Shown: positions 50,934-64,000, counted from the stretch's first letter. The stretch is DNA of 64,000 nt from Camelus ferus (GCF_009834535.1 NC_045696.1:1240001-1304000), one strand, 5' to 3'. Program-made: numbers and translations. The notes: generated from the letters alone by a model not told the origin.

Positions 50934-52013
50934 CTGACAGAAAGGAGGAGCAGTGCTGGGTGAACTGGGACTGGTGGGGGGGCTGGTCCTGAAGAGCCCA
51001 AGAGGAGCTCTGCCCCTGGGGGGGCGCCCAGCACATGCTGGCAGGGGCGCGGCCTCAGGCCCGAAGCTGCACCTGCTCAAGGCTCCCAGCGCCGTGTCCC
51101 AGGGATGGGCTCCGGCCGGAGGGCGCAGTACGGTGCGGGCCCCTGACAAAGGCCCAGCAGCTGCAGCACATGGCTCGCGGCGGCCCGCCAGGCGGCACGC
51201 TCTCCCGGGGAAGTGGGCTATGTGTGCAGATCAGCGCCTGCAGGGCCTCCGCTGCTGTGTTTGGGGTGAGGCCACAGGGAAAGGGACTGAGCTGCGTCCT
51301 GGTCCCCGAGGACACGCTCAGTAAAATGTCACCTGTCCTTCACACCCGCACGCTCTTCCCGGGGACAGCCCAGCACGCACGTGCACAATCAGAGCCCTGG
51401 TGCCCCTGCCGTGCTGCCCCCACCAAACGCCCCCGCCCCTGAGGCAGCACCGACTCCTTCCCTGACTGCTCTGCCATCCAGGCCTAGAGGCGGAGCAGGG
51501 GAGCCCGTCCACGGAACTTTCCACAGAGAGCTATGTCGAGGGGAAGCTGAGGCCCTCTGTCCGCTCTGCCCCAGGGGGGACAGGGAGTTTCAGGCCACAC
51601 CAGCCCTAAGGCTCATTAAGTCTTCAGAAACTTAAGATCTGCAGACTCACGTGGGCCCTTTCCCTCAAAACGCAGGGACAACCCAGCGTATTTGAAGGGA
51701 AATGCTTACGTACTGTTATCCCACATGCCCAACCTCACGGCCATGGTAGACACACATGGGAGAAAGCCGGCTGCTACTGTGGGGACCGCGCGTGACTTAG
51801 CGGGAGGCACGCGCATCGTGGCCCCGGCCGATGACAAGGGCGAGTACCCCCGACAAGCGGCCGTGAGGGAACGCCCACAGCAGACACCAGCCCGAAGCGG
51901 ACACACACCACTGTAAGCAGCCTGTGTCACACTGGCCCTGCTAAACACGCTCACACACTGAGACTTGCCCAGGAGACCAGCGCTCGGGACCACGTGGCGG
52001 GCCGAGGTCTTAC

Positions 52014-52041
52014 TCATGTTCTCTCCATCTTCCAGGTCCAT
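52014..52041 (-). CDS. ADARB1: ADAR2 coding exon 1 (MDLEDGENM + A); whole exon 52014-52088
   Basis: Minus strand: TCTTTCAG|ACAGAAAC...CTTGCCATGGAC (strong Kozak)...AACATGA|GTAAGA; phase 1 donor. Confidence 0.95.
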
Positions 52042-54139
52042 GGCAAGGAGCTTCTGAGGGCTTCTTGACTGGCGGAGGCTGTTTCTGTCTGAAAGACAGC
52101 AAGAACACAGCACTGAGCCCTGAGTGACACGAGGTAGGTCCCCTTCCGTGGAAAGCTGCTCAGACAAGGGCGGGTGGGTCCGGCCTCCGGACTGGGCGAC
52201 TGGTAGCTCCTCCCCCTTGTGCGTGGTCAGGACCCGGGGTCCTGGCCAGGCCCCTGCTGCAGCAGGGAGGACTTCAGGGCGCTGCAGAGAGCGGCCTGCT
52301 CCCCAGGGGTGGCGGCCGTGCAGAGCTCCGAGCCAGGGGAAGGCGATGCCCTGTGCATCTCAGAAAGACGCCCCAGGACGGAGCCCAGACCGCCAGCCAC
52401 TTGCCGACCTGGGTGCTGGGGAGACTGGGGTGGGTTATAAAGTAAAGCTACTGAGCAGGAAGAAACAGGTACCGTGGTCACTCTGCCTCTCAGCCTCAGC
52501 GGCGTCTCATGGACAAAACTAAAACGCATAGAATTTTTAAAATCTGATCCAACTTCTTAGCCACATACAACCTATTTTGTTGGCAGGAGAACCACAGGAA
52601 ACCCTCAGAGAACAATTATTCCAGTTATTTCATTATTAACAAATTAAAGAGTTTCCTCTTTCTAAATACTCCGGCCGTTCTTTGCAGGACCGCACTAGCA
52701 CGCGACCTGCGGTGCAGGACCCCATCAGACTGCCGAGTTCTGCAGGCACATGCTGCTCTGCACGCAAGCTAGGTTTATATTGTAAATCACTAAAAACCAG
52801 TGATTTATAATAAACGGTGACGAGAATGTGTTAAAACGTGCATGTATCTGAAACAGCTTTCTCACATAACGGACATCTAAGACACAGTTTTCATGACAAC
52901 CGTGTGTTAGTAACACTAATTCTCACTGTATAGTTGGCAGACTCGTTGCTAAAAGCTTAATGAGTTTCTATTTAGAATCCTTTATTCAGGGAAGTGTTCC
53001 AGACGTTTTAAAAGCATTAACATTTTGTACTTGTGAGTTACTCCAAGGTGTAGTTTCTGAAAATCTATTACACAAAGCACAGAACTGCTTACCAAGGGAC
53101 CTGAAGGGAATCAGACAGGCTCGGGGAGATTCAAGTGTTGTGCGGGGAACTGGCTGTACTAAGGGGTTGTTTTCAGTCCTTGCCGGCGTGGAGACAGCAC
53201 GTCTCTTCCAGGGACACACACTGGCAGGGACACACACAGAGACGCTCGCGGACGGGACGGTCCTTGGGTCTCGTCATCACAGACTGCAGGGCGGAGGAGC
53301 GGCCAAGGTGCCCCGGCTGGCACCTGCTGACGCCGGCTGACGGTGCGCGGGGCTCACGGAGCCACCCGTACTGGTGTGCTTTGGCGTCTCCATTATGGAA
53401 GGTGTCATGAAGCTCGCTTCCTCCAGGTCTGAACGGAGGTAGGACGTGGGCACAGTGCCAGGCCACCGCACGCCCTCGGGAAGACGCAGGTGCTTGAGGG
53501 GCCTCTCGGCTGGAGGGTCGGGGGGGGAACGTGGCATGTGGTGGTCAGCCTGAGCCTGGAGGAGAGGTCGGGTGGGAGGCGAAGACCAGAAGCGGGTGGC
53601 GTGGGGCAAGCGCAGAGGCTGTGTGAGACGGGCACTCACGACGCAGCTCCGGGAAACACAAAGTACTGGTTCTGGAAGCAGCCACACGAAACGGTCCGAA
53701 GCCCTCCGCTCGTACCGGCTGGAAGCCGGGCTTACAGGCGGCGAGAGGGGCTCGTGGCGGGGCTGGGGGCGGGGCACGGAGCGCATCCTTTCCCTGCCTG
53801 CTGGGTGCAGCTGAGAACCCCGATGTGGCAGGCACAGCGCACACGGGGAGGCGCTGAGCGGTGAAGGGACCGAGGCCGCGTGGCGGAGAGTCCCCTGCAG
53901 CCTCCCTCTGCATCGCCATCCCAGACTCGGAGCTGAAGAAGCCGGCTACCCGGAAACACCAACGGATGGACCAGAAAACCCTGACAGAAGTGCTCTCTCT
54001 GTCCCAGGGAGTCAGAAGGGACCTCCCAGCAGGCTAGGGAATCGGCAGACCCCATCTCCCACCCAGCACGGACGTGGGGGCCCTGGCTCTCACTCCCACG
54101 GGGCTGTGAGGACCTCTTCCCTCCCACTCACAAAGCACA

Positions 54140-55400
54140 GTCACGTGGGGAGCCCAGACTCCCCGCCTCCGCCTGCTGAGAAAGTCAGCCGAAACAGTGG
54201 GCTTAAGTAAGATTCAGACTCTAATAACATGTCCAGGTTTCCACCAAAAATCATCCATCATCCTGAGAGTCAGGAAGATCTTAAACCGAATGAAACAGGA
54301 AGACAGATGCCCACCTGGAGATGGCAGCTTCGCCTGAGTAAGGTTCCAGAGCAGGTGTCACAGAAAGAAGGGGCGAAGCCGGGCCCTGATGGCAACACTC
54401 ACTCTACAGCCTCGGTCGCCAAGGCGGGCGGCCCGGGGAGGGCAGACGAGCAGGCCACAACGGAGCAGCGCGGAGGACCGGAGACGGCCGACGGCGACAG
54501 AGGCGCGGGAGCAACGGACTAGGGAAGGGCGCTCTTGTCCACAAGCCGCTGGAGCAGCCGGGCATCAGATCTCACAGCCCGCGCAGAGATCCACTCGGAG
54601 GGGCCCGTGGCCTCACACGTTAGGCACAGAACCATGAGACTTTAACAAAGATCACGGGAGAAAACCCTGGGGAATCCAGGACTAGGCAGTTTGCAGACTA
54701 GACACCAAAAGATCAGCCCATAAGAGGAGAAACGATAAACTGGACCTCATGAAAATTGAAACCTTTGCTCTGCTAGTGACCCTGCTAAGAAGCTAGAGAC
54801 CGGGAGCAAACATCTGACAGCCACAAGCCGGACAGAGTACACAGGACATTCTCCAGCTCAACAGGAAACACACATCCCTCAGAAAGTAGGGGAAGGACAC
54901 TGAGAGACGCTTCCCCAAAGAACACACAGACGGAAACCAGCACGTGACACGATGCCAGGGCCACGGCCCGCAGGGGGCTGCGACCCACGACCACGTGAGG
55001 CCCCACCGCACACCTGGGAGAACGCCGCCGGGCCAGGGTGGCGACACCGAGCGCCGGCGAGGACGCACACTGGGTCACTCACACTGCTGGTGGGGCAGGG
55101 AACAGTCTGGTGGCTTCTCAGAACTAAAATGGGCACTCGTCCCCAAGGAATGAAGACGCACATTCATATAAAGAACGTGCGCAGGAACGTTACAGCCACT
55201 TTATCCATAACAGCTCCAAACTGGGCACCCACACGCCCTTCAGCAGGTGGCTGACCGACTGGACGCAAGAGAAAGGAACAAACTGCTGACAATGACCCGG
55301 ACGGATCTCCAGGGGAGGAGGCCGAGTGGGAAAGGCCAACCGCCCACGTATACGCGCCACAGCCCGTTCACAAGTGAACGTGGGTCTGAAGGCGAGGCTC
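54140..55400 (+). mobile_element. Decayed LINE-1 fragments
   Basis: GATAAACTGGACCTCATGAAAATTGAAACCTTTGCTCTGC (DKLDLMKI) at ~54735 and L1 3'UTR-like sequence at ~55140-55300. Confidence 0.65.
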
Positions 55401-55419
55401 CCCCTAGAGGAAGGCTCTA

Positions 55420-56160
55420 GCACTGGCACGTCCGAGCCCGCCCCCCGCGCCCAGGCCGGCCGCGCCCACGGGTGCAGACACGGGGGCCCACTGTGGGCTC
55501 CCCGGGGTGCAGACGGCACCGAGGTCGGCACCCTGAGCCCTGCACTGTTCAAGGGTCAACTGTGTGATGTTCCTGAAACGAGAAAACTAAGTGAGAACAG
55601 GTGAGTGGCGGCCGGGGCCTGGGGCGTGGCCACGAAGCCCAACGCGGGGCGGGGCCCCGGGGGCGGCGGGCGTCCTCGGTCCCGGCTGTGCCGACAGCCA
55701 CGCCCGGCGTGACAGGGAACGCGGCCTCCCCGTGTTACCCCTACGGCTACGGGCACTTGTCCTCTCTCACAGTAAAAAGGCCCGTCTCTGCGGGGCGGGA
55801 GGCGCCCGCGACGCGTGCCTGATCGGGGACGGTGCCGAGACGCCGGCAGCCTGCGGGTCCGGGCCCTGCCGGGACCGAGGCGGTGGGCCTGAGCGCCGCA
55901 GGGGCCCAGCTCTGCAGCGCCCGCCGCCGCAGGGCACGCCTTGCGCCCCGGCCCTAGCACAGTGACGTTCCGGGAGAGGACGCGGACACGCCTCCCAGCG
56001 GAAAACGAGCCGGCCGGCCGGCCGCGCAGAGCACGGCGGGCGCGGGGCGAACGCGAGGCGGGGCGCCCGCGGCGCCGGCAGTTGCCGCCTGGGCACCAGG
56101 GCTCCAAGCGGAGCGCGCAGCCGCCGCGAGCCCTTCGGAGCATTCGACGGGACCGGTTTT
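55420..56160. promoter_or_regulatory. CpG-island-like segment ~3.5 kb upstream of the start-codon exon
   Basis: Very dense CG dinucleotides and GC-box-like GGGGCGGG motifs, with an abrupt change to AT-richer sequence after ~56160. Confidence 0.5.
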
Positions 56161-57689
56161 CTCTCTCTCTGAAAAGCGCCTCATAACGGCCTGAACCACA
56201 AACACTGAAGAATTAAAACTCCTTCCAAAACCCCTCACAAAATTCCAGGGATGGTCAATGAAAGGAAAGCTTTATTTGACAGCAACATTCAAATAACTTC
56301 TTCATTTTCCAGGACTCCTCTAAGGCTTATAACAAGGGAGCTGAACCTGAGGCAGGGAGGCGTGAAAAGACCTTTAAACTCGGCACCAAACGGCTTGGGG
56401 TTTAGGTTTGCTTTGCTTCCAGTCGTAATTCCAGCTTTTCTTTCTAAAATAGAACCAGACAGCTGATAGTAAAGGTGATGTGGGAAAACCATCAGGTTTG
56501 AAGACTCTGAACTGAAGGAGCATTTAGGTGGGACTGGCCCCCAGCCTGGAAACGACGGCGCCTCCGCTGACACGAGGAGCAGTGGACGGAGCAGGACAGG
56601 TGCAGGCAGAAGCACACAGCTGGGGGGAGGTGGCGCCCCAGACCAGTGCGTGCAAACCCACTTTCTAACAAGTGGGACTGGACAGTGCATGGCCACACGC
56701 AAGAGGAGGAGGCAGGGCCCCCAGTGCCGCTCAGCTGGCGTCAGCGCCAGTCCCCCGCGGGTCAGCTCTGACTTCCAGGGGCACCCCGACTGGCAACGGG
56801 CCACTCCCTAGGCGGGCGGTGAGCCACCTGCTGTGCGACTCCCCACACGTTTGTAGACGCCCGTGCTGTAAGACGGGGTATAAACAGGTACACACGTTCT
56901 GTGGACAGTGTTCCTGTCAGCTTCCGACAGTGTCCTTGCCTCATCGCTTCCTCCCCTCCCCTCGGTGAGAACAAAGGATTCTGGAATAAAACAGGAAGAA
57001 CACAACTGATTCGTATTAAAGATGCATCAGGTCGTGAATTCTCTATTGTGCTGGTGGAAAACACTGTCTGTAAAAATTCACTGAAGTTTATAGATTAAAA
57101 ATGTTCAGATAAACAGCGAACCTGACAAAGTTACTAGCAATTATTACTGGTTTTAATCTATTCTACTTTCCAAAAAAGACGGTTTTTAGAGAAGTTTTAC
57201 ATGTTCTTCATGACTGTTACGTGTTTCAGTTTTAATAGCGACACACTGCAAATTTTTAAAGAGAGAAGTGTTGAAATGAAGATTATTTGTGTTGATTCTT
57301 CATGTAAATCAAGCAACTTGCGAAAGGCTAGATGACTTTTGCAGCTATAGCAAAAAAACGAATAACGATTTGATTATTTAACAAAGGTAAATGAAGTGTA
57401 AAATTCTAATATAATTTGAGGGAAAATAATCTGAAATTCAACAACTTAACCATGCATGTTTAGGGAATGCACTCATAGTTGCATTTTCCTTCCAAAATTA
57501 TCTAAACAACATAATATCACTAAAATATTCAAGGCATTCAATTTATAATACTTTGCAATGAATTACTTTCCTTTCTAGGAACCCGTCCAAGCATGTGACT
57601 TGGTCCCCCTCCAGAGACTCCGCACACACAGGACAAGACACGGCAGGCGGTACGGCAGTAAGGTCCGTGCGCTGCTTTTAGCAAACATG

Positions 57690-58100
57690 TTTTTTTCTAG
57701 TGAAATGCAACTTGGAGTAATTAAAATAAGTGTAGCAAGTGACAAAAACCCTCCTGGACCCAGTGAGCAACGACCGCAAGGTCGCAGACTACAAGATTAA
57801 TGCACCAAAGTCAACTGCTCTCCTCTCTACGAGCAACGAGCTGGAATCTGCCATAAACAACACAACAGCATTTACATAAACACCGCCCTCCCAAAATGAA
57901 GTTCTTGGGTATAAACTTAACAACAGACTCTATATGAGTTAAAGTGCAAAACTCTGATAACAAAATCCAAGAACTAAATAAATGGAGAGACAATCCCTGC
58001 ACGTTACTGGCGATACCGGCTCTTCCCAGCTTGACCTACAGACTAGGCTCCATCCCAGTCAAAACCCCAGCGAGGCATTCTGTGGGCGTCAGTGCCCTGA
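57690..58100 (+). mobile_element. LINE-1 ORF2 fragment
   Basis: KFLGINLT...ELNKWRDNPC-like sequence (ORF track 57944). Confidence 0.7.
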
Positions 58101-58915
58101 CACAGACCTCTCTTTCCCGCCGTGGCCGTCACGGCCCCCCCAGGGCGGTGCCTCCGCACAGGGACCTGCTCAGGGAGGGTCTGTCCTGACCTGGGGGGCG
58201 CTGTCTGTGACCGGCAGTCTGGGTTTCCTGGCGGCCAGCCTCCTGCCCCGGGCCGTGAGGGCGGGGGGCGCGGGCTCCTTTGCTCTGCAACCCCCGCTCC
58301 TGCCACACGCCTGTGAGGACAGGCGAACAGGTGACCCCAGGCTCGGCCACTGCAGCCAAAGCCAGAGCCACACACGCAGGGTCCCCCTCACTTTCCTAGA
58401 CGAGGTGCTGCTGGTTAACAGGTATCCTGGTCCGCAGCACCCCACCCCCCCTAGAGTCTTCACTCGGTGTTACAGCTGCTTCCCCAGAAATAAAGCACCC
58501 TGCGCCCCGAAACCCTCGCTGGCTGTCGGGCGGCGCCGTGGGCTCCTCTTTGCCGGAAGGAGAGGCGCTGGCCCTCATCAACGCCTCCTAACTTGTAATT
58601 CTTACTGAAACATGCCAACTGCGCCGTGCTTGTCCGAATGCAGAGGAGCTCCTGTTACCGTCCAGACCTCAGGGGACAGACGGCACAAGGTCCCGAGGGA
58701 ACCGGGCGGGCGCGGATCCAGCACCACAGTGTGGAGGGGCCGCAGCCAAGAGCCGGCCCCGCGCACGCCGGGCACCCTGGGGAAGAAGCGGCGGCAGCCC
58801 GCAGCGGACGCCAGAGCCCGAGTCCCGCGTCCCTCATACTGCCGCCCCCCAGCGCCTGGCAGCAGGCTTCCCTGGGACGGCCGGGAGAGCCTTCTCCTCC
58901 CCAGGGACGGCGGGT

Positions 58916-59712
58916 CCTCCTGCGTGCTCCCCCCCCCCTGTGTGCTCCCCGCCCCCTCCTGCGTGCTCCCCGCCCTCCTGCGTGCTCCCCGCCCTCCTGC
59001 GTGCTCCCAGCCCCTCCTGCGTGCTCCCCGCCCTCCTGCGTGCTCCCCGCCCTCCTGCGTGCTCCCAGCCCTCCTGCGTGCTCCCCGCCCTCCTGCGTGC
59101 TCCCCGCCCTCCTGCGTGCTCCCAGCCCCTCCTGTGTGCTCCCCTCCCTCCTGCGTGCTCCCCGCCCCCTCCTGCGTGCTCCCCGCCCTCCTGCGTGCTC
59201 CCCGCCCTCCTGCGTGCTCCCCGCCCTCCTGCGTGCTCCCAGCCCCTCCTGCGTGCTCCCCTCCCTCCTGCGTGCTCCCCGCCCTCCTGCGTGCTCCCCG
59301 CCCTCCTGCGTGCTCCCCGCCCTCCTGCGTGCTCCCAGCCCCTCCTGTGTGCTCCCCTCCCTCCTGCGTGCTCCCCGCCCCCCTGTGTGCTCCCCGCCCC
59401 CTCCTGCGTGCTCCCCGCCCTCCTGCGTGCTCCCCGCCCTCCTGCGTGCTCCCAGCCCCTCCTGTGTGCTCCCCTCCCTCCTGCGTGCTCCCCGCCCCCC
59501 TGCGTGCTCCCCGCCCCCTCCTGCGTGCTCCCCGCCCCCTCCTGCGTGCTCCCCGCCCTCCTGCGTGCTCCCCGCCCCCCTGTGTGCTCCCCGCCCCCTC
59601 CTGCGTGCTCCCCGCCCTCCTGCGTGCTCCCCGCCCTCCTGCGTGCTCCCCGCCCCCTCCTGCGTGCTCCCCGCCCCCTCCTGCGTGCTCCCCGCCCCCC
59701 TGCATGCTCCCC
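58916..59712. repeat. GC-rich minisatellite (VNTR), 19-21-nt unit CCCTCCTGCGTGCTCCCCG, about 40 copies
   Basis: Directly visible tandem array; it explains the overlapping long repetitive ORFs on both strands. Confidence 0.98.
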
Positions 59713-62700
59713 ACGCCGCCGCCCTTCCCTCCCCGGCCCTGAGCTCCTCTCCCACGTGGGGCACCCGCTGGTAGGACAGTGGTGGGCGGTCCCCCCGGAA
59801 CGTCGGGGCTACCTCATCACGTCTCGACTAACACCCCGGTCCCGATGTGGGCTCCTCTGAGACACGCCTACGCGTGACAAGTCACACCCTCACCTGCCGA
59901 GCCTGAGTGGGAGGCGCTCGCAAACGCAGCCGCGGTAACCCGGTCACTGACGTGAAGGGGTCTGCTGGGCTCGGCTGGCGATGAAGGCGGCTCCCTGCTC
60001 ACTCGGGGGTTACGCCCGCGCTGTCGGAGGTCCCTCTGCCCCCGGAGCCGCCTGGAGGACGAGGATGGCTGTAGCGTCGGCGGGGCGGGGCGCGGCTCTC
60101 AGGGCTCCGGCACCACAGCGCCGCGCCGGCAGGTCCGCGCGCTGGGGGCGCTGTGCTGGGCCTGCACACCGCAAGGTCTCGGGGCGTCACCTATGGCCCC
60201 TGCTCCAGCACGGAGCGGGCCACGCGTTCACAGTGTCCACGTCCCTTGTCACGGGTGGCTGTTTTGGTAAATCAGATCTCCAGGCTCACGTGCCACAAGA
60301 GAAAACGGGCCTTGATGGAAACACTGGACGGGCCCCCTCAGGGGCCAGCGAGGCCTGGCTGACCGCTGCGCCGCCTGCAGCCTCAGCCCCGTGGTGCTGC
60401 CAGAGACCGGCCGCTCGGCTCCCGGGAGCGCTAACACGGCCGGGAGAACGTGCTCGCCAGCCGACGGCCTCGCAGGCCACACGTCCCGGGTCTTCTGCTC
60501 GACCACCCAGGGGCCACGACAGCAGATGGGATAATGAACCACGGAGCTCAAGGCGTGGGGATGAACACCAAAGGGGCAAAGCTGCCCAGACTGAGCTCCT
60601 CTCTAGGGGGACGCCTACTGCAGCCAAATAGTGAGGCAGCAAACACAATTCCACCTCACTTATGATCAAAGCCCACAGACTACGAGTTGAAGTCACAGCC
60701 AGGGCAGCTTCCAGCAGACGAGAGCTCTAGATACATGAAAGCTAGAGCCTCTGCACAGACGCGATGATCAGTTGTGCTGAGCACCGAGAGAACTACGGAG
60801 CTGAGCTGCGGGGAACGCTGACCAAGCACTGCGGGGACAGCCCGGCGTGCGGGCGGCCGTGAAGGAGTGATGGGGCTGGGAGCACTAAGATTTGGGAGAA
60901 GCAAGTGAACAGAGCGATGCAGCAAAGCGTGAGTGATGAAAACACAAAAAGCAACTTCTCTGGGGCTAACACAGCCACGCTGCCCTGGACTCTGTGCCGG
61001 AGCCCCGGTCCTCAGCCCCCCGTCTGCGCTCTACTCCGCGTGAGGCTGGAGGTGACGGACGACAGAGGGCTGCACTGAAACTGCGTTCTTTGGGTGACTC
61101 TTAGCCAGCCTGCTGGACAAACCGCCAGCCACCCCGGCACGTCTGGGGGCCCTGGGTCCCCCTTGTCCCACTGGGCACCGGAAGGCGGAGGGGCAGGGCC
61201 AGTCACTCCTCTCCTCGTGGGCGCTCTCCTCCCGGGGGACCCGCAAGTGGCCCCAGGCAGGAGTCAGGCACCACTGGATTTCTGGCCATAATACCAAAAT
61301 CCGAGGCTGTAAACAGTCACTAAACTCCTAAATCTAAATTCAGTTCCAGGAATTGGAAGAAAATTATGCAGACTTGCTCACATTCAATGATTTTGCTACA
61401 AGGATTATCACCTTAGCTTTTCCATAGTTTATTCTGCATCTCCTAATTCTTACAATAAATACTGCTTCCATACTGAGAAAAAACTTTATTCCAAGCCCTC
61501 CTTCTACACGCAAACACCTTGCTGTGCGGACCCCGCAGCAGCCTGAGAAGGGGCAGACCGTTCCCTGAAACTGGCCACGGTGATCCGGCAGGCCCTGCCC
61601 CCGCCCAGTCCCCGCCGCAGTTACCGCCGAGCACAAGGGCCGCACACTTCTCACGGACGTCAGCGAATGCTGGAGCTGGTAGGTTTTAGCAGAACGTCAG
61701 ACCTCAGAGACAGAGCAACGAAGCAAAATAGGGACAGAATTAAATGCTCACAGGTAGAGGACACACTGAGGGACGCGGGACCGCTGAGAAGGTCTGGGAG
61801 CTCAGGGCACCTGGGGGCCCGACGGGGAGAGCCAGGCGGCCCTGGGCTAGTCCTGCCGGGGGGCCCCGACTCCCCACGAGTCTCCATAAACCAGCGTCAC
61901 TGGCACAAGGGCACCAAAGGGCACCAAAGACATCAAGCTCTCTGACACAGCTCTGCAAACTTGAGTCATTTATTGCCCTCAGTCATCACCATTACACACA
62001 CTCTTCTAAACGTGTGTATTTACACCGAGCAAATATGCGGAAACAAGTCTTGCCTGAGGTTAAACTGTAATTTATGAAGCCTACAGGAAAATTTTCTGAC
62101 GGTCCCATGCCCCTTCCTACGTTCTGCCCGACACCCACCTCGGACGAGGCTCTGGAGGACAAGACAGAACCCCCGGGACGGAGCCCACGGTTGGGGGAAC
62201 AGGAGCCCCCCCCGGGAAGCCCGGGCTGTAAACACGCACGCGCCGGGCAGAGCTCAAGATGCCGGGGAACGGGCAGGGCGCCCCCACCGCTGAGACCCTG
62301 CCTGCCACCCCACCTGCTGAACGAGCGTCTCTACCGCAGGGGTCCTGCCCCCGGAGCAGCGCCACACCCACACAGCAAGGACCCCAGAGCCCTGGACAGA
62401 GGCCTGGGTGGGGTGACTGGCGAAGATGCAGGCTCGTGTCCTAAGGGAAACAGGCTCCTCTGTACTCTCCCGCCTTCCTCTTGCTGGACTGGGGTGGGGC
62501 CACCCCCAGGGTGACTCCAGAGGCTTCTGTTAAAGAAGCGAAGCCGTGGAACAAAAGAAGCCTGGGTCCCTCAGGGACCGCAAGGGCCAGCTGTGTCCCA
62601 GAGCGCTGGGCTTGCTTCTTACACAGTCACGGCCCCCTCGACCACCCCGCCTGCCCCACGTGCTCACACGCACCCACGTGTGCGCACACGCCCCCTCCTC

Positions 62701-63562
62701 TCTCTTCTTCGCCACATCGCCTGCTCATCTCTGAGCAGTAACAGCCTTAGAAATGAACACAAACTGCAGACGCCAGAACAACAAAATAACACACCAGCTT
62801 GGCTGACTACAGTAAATTGAAAAAAGCTTCATAAAGTATTATTTTTTATAACCATACTCTGTCCTTTGAAATGGATAAACAGCACCAATGCATTTGAAAT
62901 ACAGCCCACATTTGCTCTGTTTAACATGGCTTAATTAAAATCCCATTTACTCGAAAATTATACTTTATTTTCTGGAATCAAAGGGAAAAAAGACAATAAT
63001 GTGAACTGTATTTTCAATATGACCAATAATAATGCACTAAGAATAGGCACTGCTAAGATGTGATCCAGTTTCCATAGCATTTCAAGCACAGTTTCACAAA
63101 TCTAACCCCACACGTTTGCTTTAGAATTTCAGCCGTCAGACTCGGGTGGCCCTGCCCTCCCCTGGAAGGCACCCCTGTGGAAGGAGCCCTCACCGGGGAG
63201 CTGACAGGACGCTGTCCGCACAAATGAAATGAAACGCACCCATGCGTCTGTCACAGTGGTGCCCGGGACACCTGGGCCTGCCATCCATGACCGCTGCTGG
63301 TCACCAGGGGTCAGCCACTCTCAGGACCTGAGCGCCTCTCCCACTCCGGCCAGAGACTGGCTCCTGACCTACACAGCACAGCAGCAGCGCATCACACGGA
63401 TCCACCCTCCTCGCCAAACGGCGCTTCATAGCCCACTCTAGAGCAAACCCCAAGCCTGAAAGCTGAAGCCGTCCCTCTGCCCCTGCCACCCTGTCACCCA
63501 CACCTGTCTCATGCACACCCAGATGCCTGGTGCTGGCACACAGAAGGCTTAATGGCCACCTG

Positions 63563-63906
63563 CTGGATAGATGGACGGATGGATGGTAGATGGGTGGGTG
63601 GATGAATGGATGATGCATGAGTAGGTGGGTGGGAATGGACAGACAGAGTGGGTAGGTGGAGGGACAGATGAATGGATGGATTGGTGGATGGATGAGTAGG
63701 TGAGGGGATGGGTCGGTGGATGGATGAATAGATAGGTGTATGGGTGGGTGGATAGATGAGTGGGTGGATGGACAGAGTGGGTAGGTAGATAGGTAGGTGG
63801 GTGGATGGGTGGATGGACAGACAGATGAATGGATGGACTGGTGGATGGATGGGGAGATGGGTGGATGAATGGATGCTGGGTGGGTGGATGGGTGGATGGA
63901 TGGATA
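63563..63906. repeat. (TGGA/TGGG/TAGA)n tetranucleotide simple repeat
   Basis: Directly visible GGATGGATGGGTGG run. Confidence 0.95.
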
Positions 63907-64000
63907 AGTGCCCTTCACCCCATACCCCCGCTGTCACATGCTCTGCACTTCACTAAAAGGCGCTCTCTCAGCAAGGAGGAACCAGGGAGGAAGCCTGGCA

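Larger units (their letters stand above)
11925..52088 (-). other. ADARB1: ADARB1 (ADAR2) gene body from the start-codon exon to the predicted distal poly(A) site; upstream 5' exons and promoter are outside the window
   Basis: Nine exons with consistent splice phases assemble into one ORF: 28+941+115+169+149+169+182+179+180 = 2112 nt (703 aa + stop), from [18 protein letters not shown] to [15 protein letters not shown], matching the recalled ADAR2 sequence. The 3' end is approximate. Confidence 0.98.

Noticed and set aside
55556..56143. Arg-rich minus-strand ORF as a candidate ADAR2R exon 0
   Set aside because: No contiguous poly-Arg R-domain or suitable donor was seen; the Arg content reflects CpG richness.
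58602..59860. Five overlapping 306-382 aa ORFs; superficially CRISPR-like array
   Set aside because: Translations of a tandem minisatellite. There are no unique spacers or cas genes, and the context is mammalian.
63301..63937. HPSI-repeat ORFs, and possible pairing of this TGGA repeat with the CCAT tract at 5.6-7.9 kb
   Set aside because: Simple-repeat artefact. The two tracts are ~56 kb apart and one lies beyond the predicted poly(A) site.

Overview
GC-rich mammalian genomic DNA carrying the complete coding region of ADARB1 (ADAR2/RED1, the A-to-I dsRNA editing enzyme) on the minus strand. Nine coding exons (52041 to 16031) total 2112 nt, giving a 703-aa protein with two dsRBDs and an intact deaminase domain. 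A ~4.1-kb 3'UTR follows; the promoter and upstream 5' exons lie beyond the right edge. No Alu elements were seen, and an L1 3' fragment looks cetartiodactyl, possibly camelid (inference). The known ADAR2 autoregulatory circuit can be read directly from the sequence: an AA 47 nt upstream of the exon 2 acceptor that becomes a splice acceptor after editing, and its editing-complementary sequence ~1.4 kb upstream. Also visible are a 93-nt poison exon (exon 7a type) followed by a (UG)24 tract, and a GC-AG intron. The most interesting new hypothesis is a strongly flanked cassette exon in intron 1 (92/139 nt). Its 139-nt form is a poison exon on unedited RNA but exactly restores the reading frame when joined to the edited acceptor. 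Other observations: apparent loss of Pin1- and WWP2-type motifs, a Gly10 expansion, oppositely oriented L1s in intron 7, a twin-primed L1, a ~40-copy minisatellite, a 2.3-kb G-poor low-complexity tract, and a candidate small TM + coiled-coil gene or pseudogene on the + strand. Comparisons with human and rodent ADAR2 are from memory; no alignments or searches were run.
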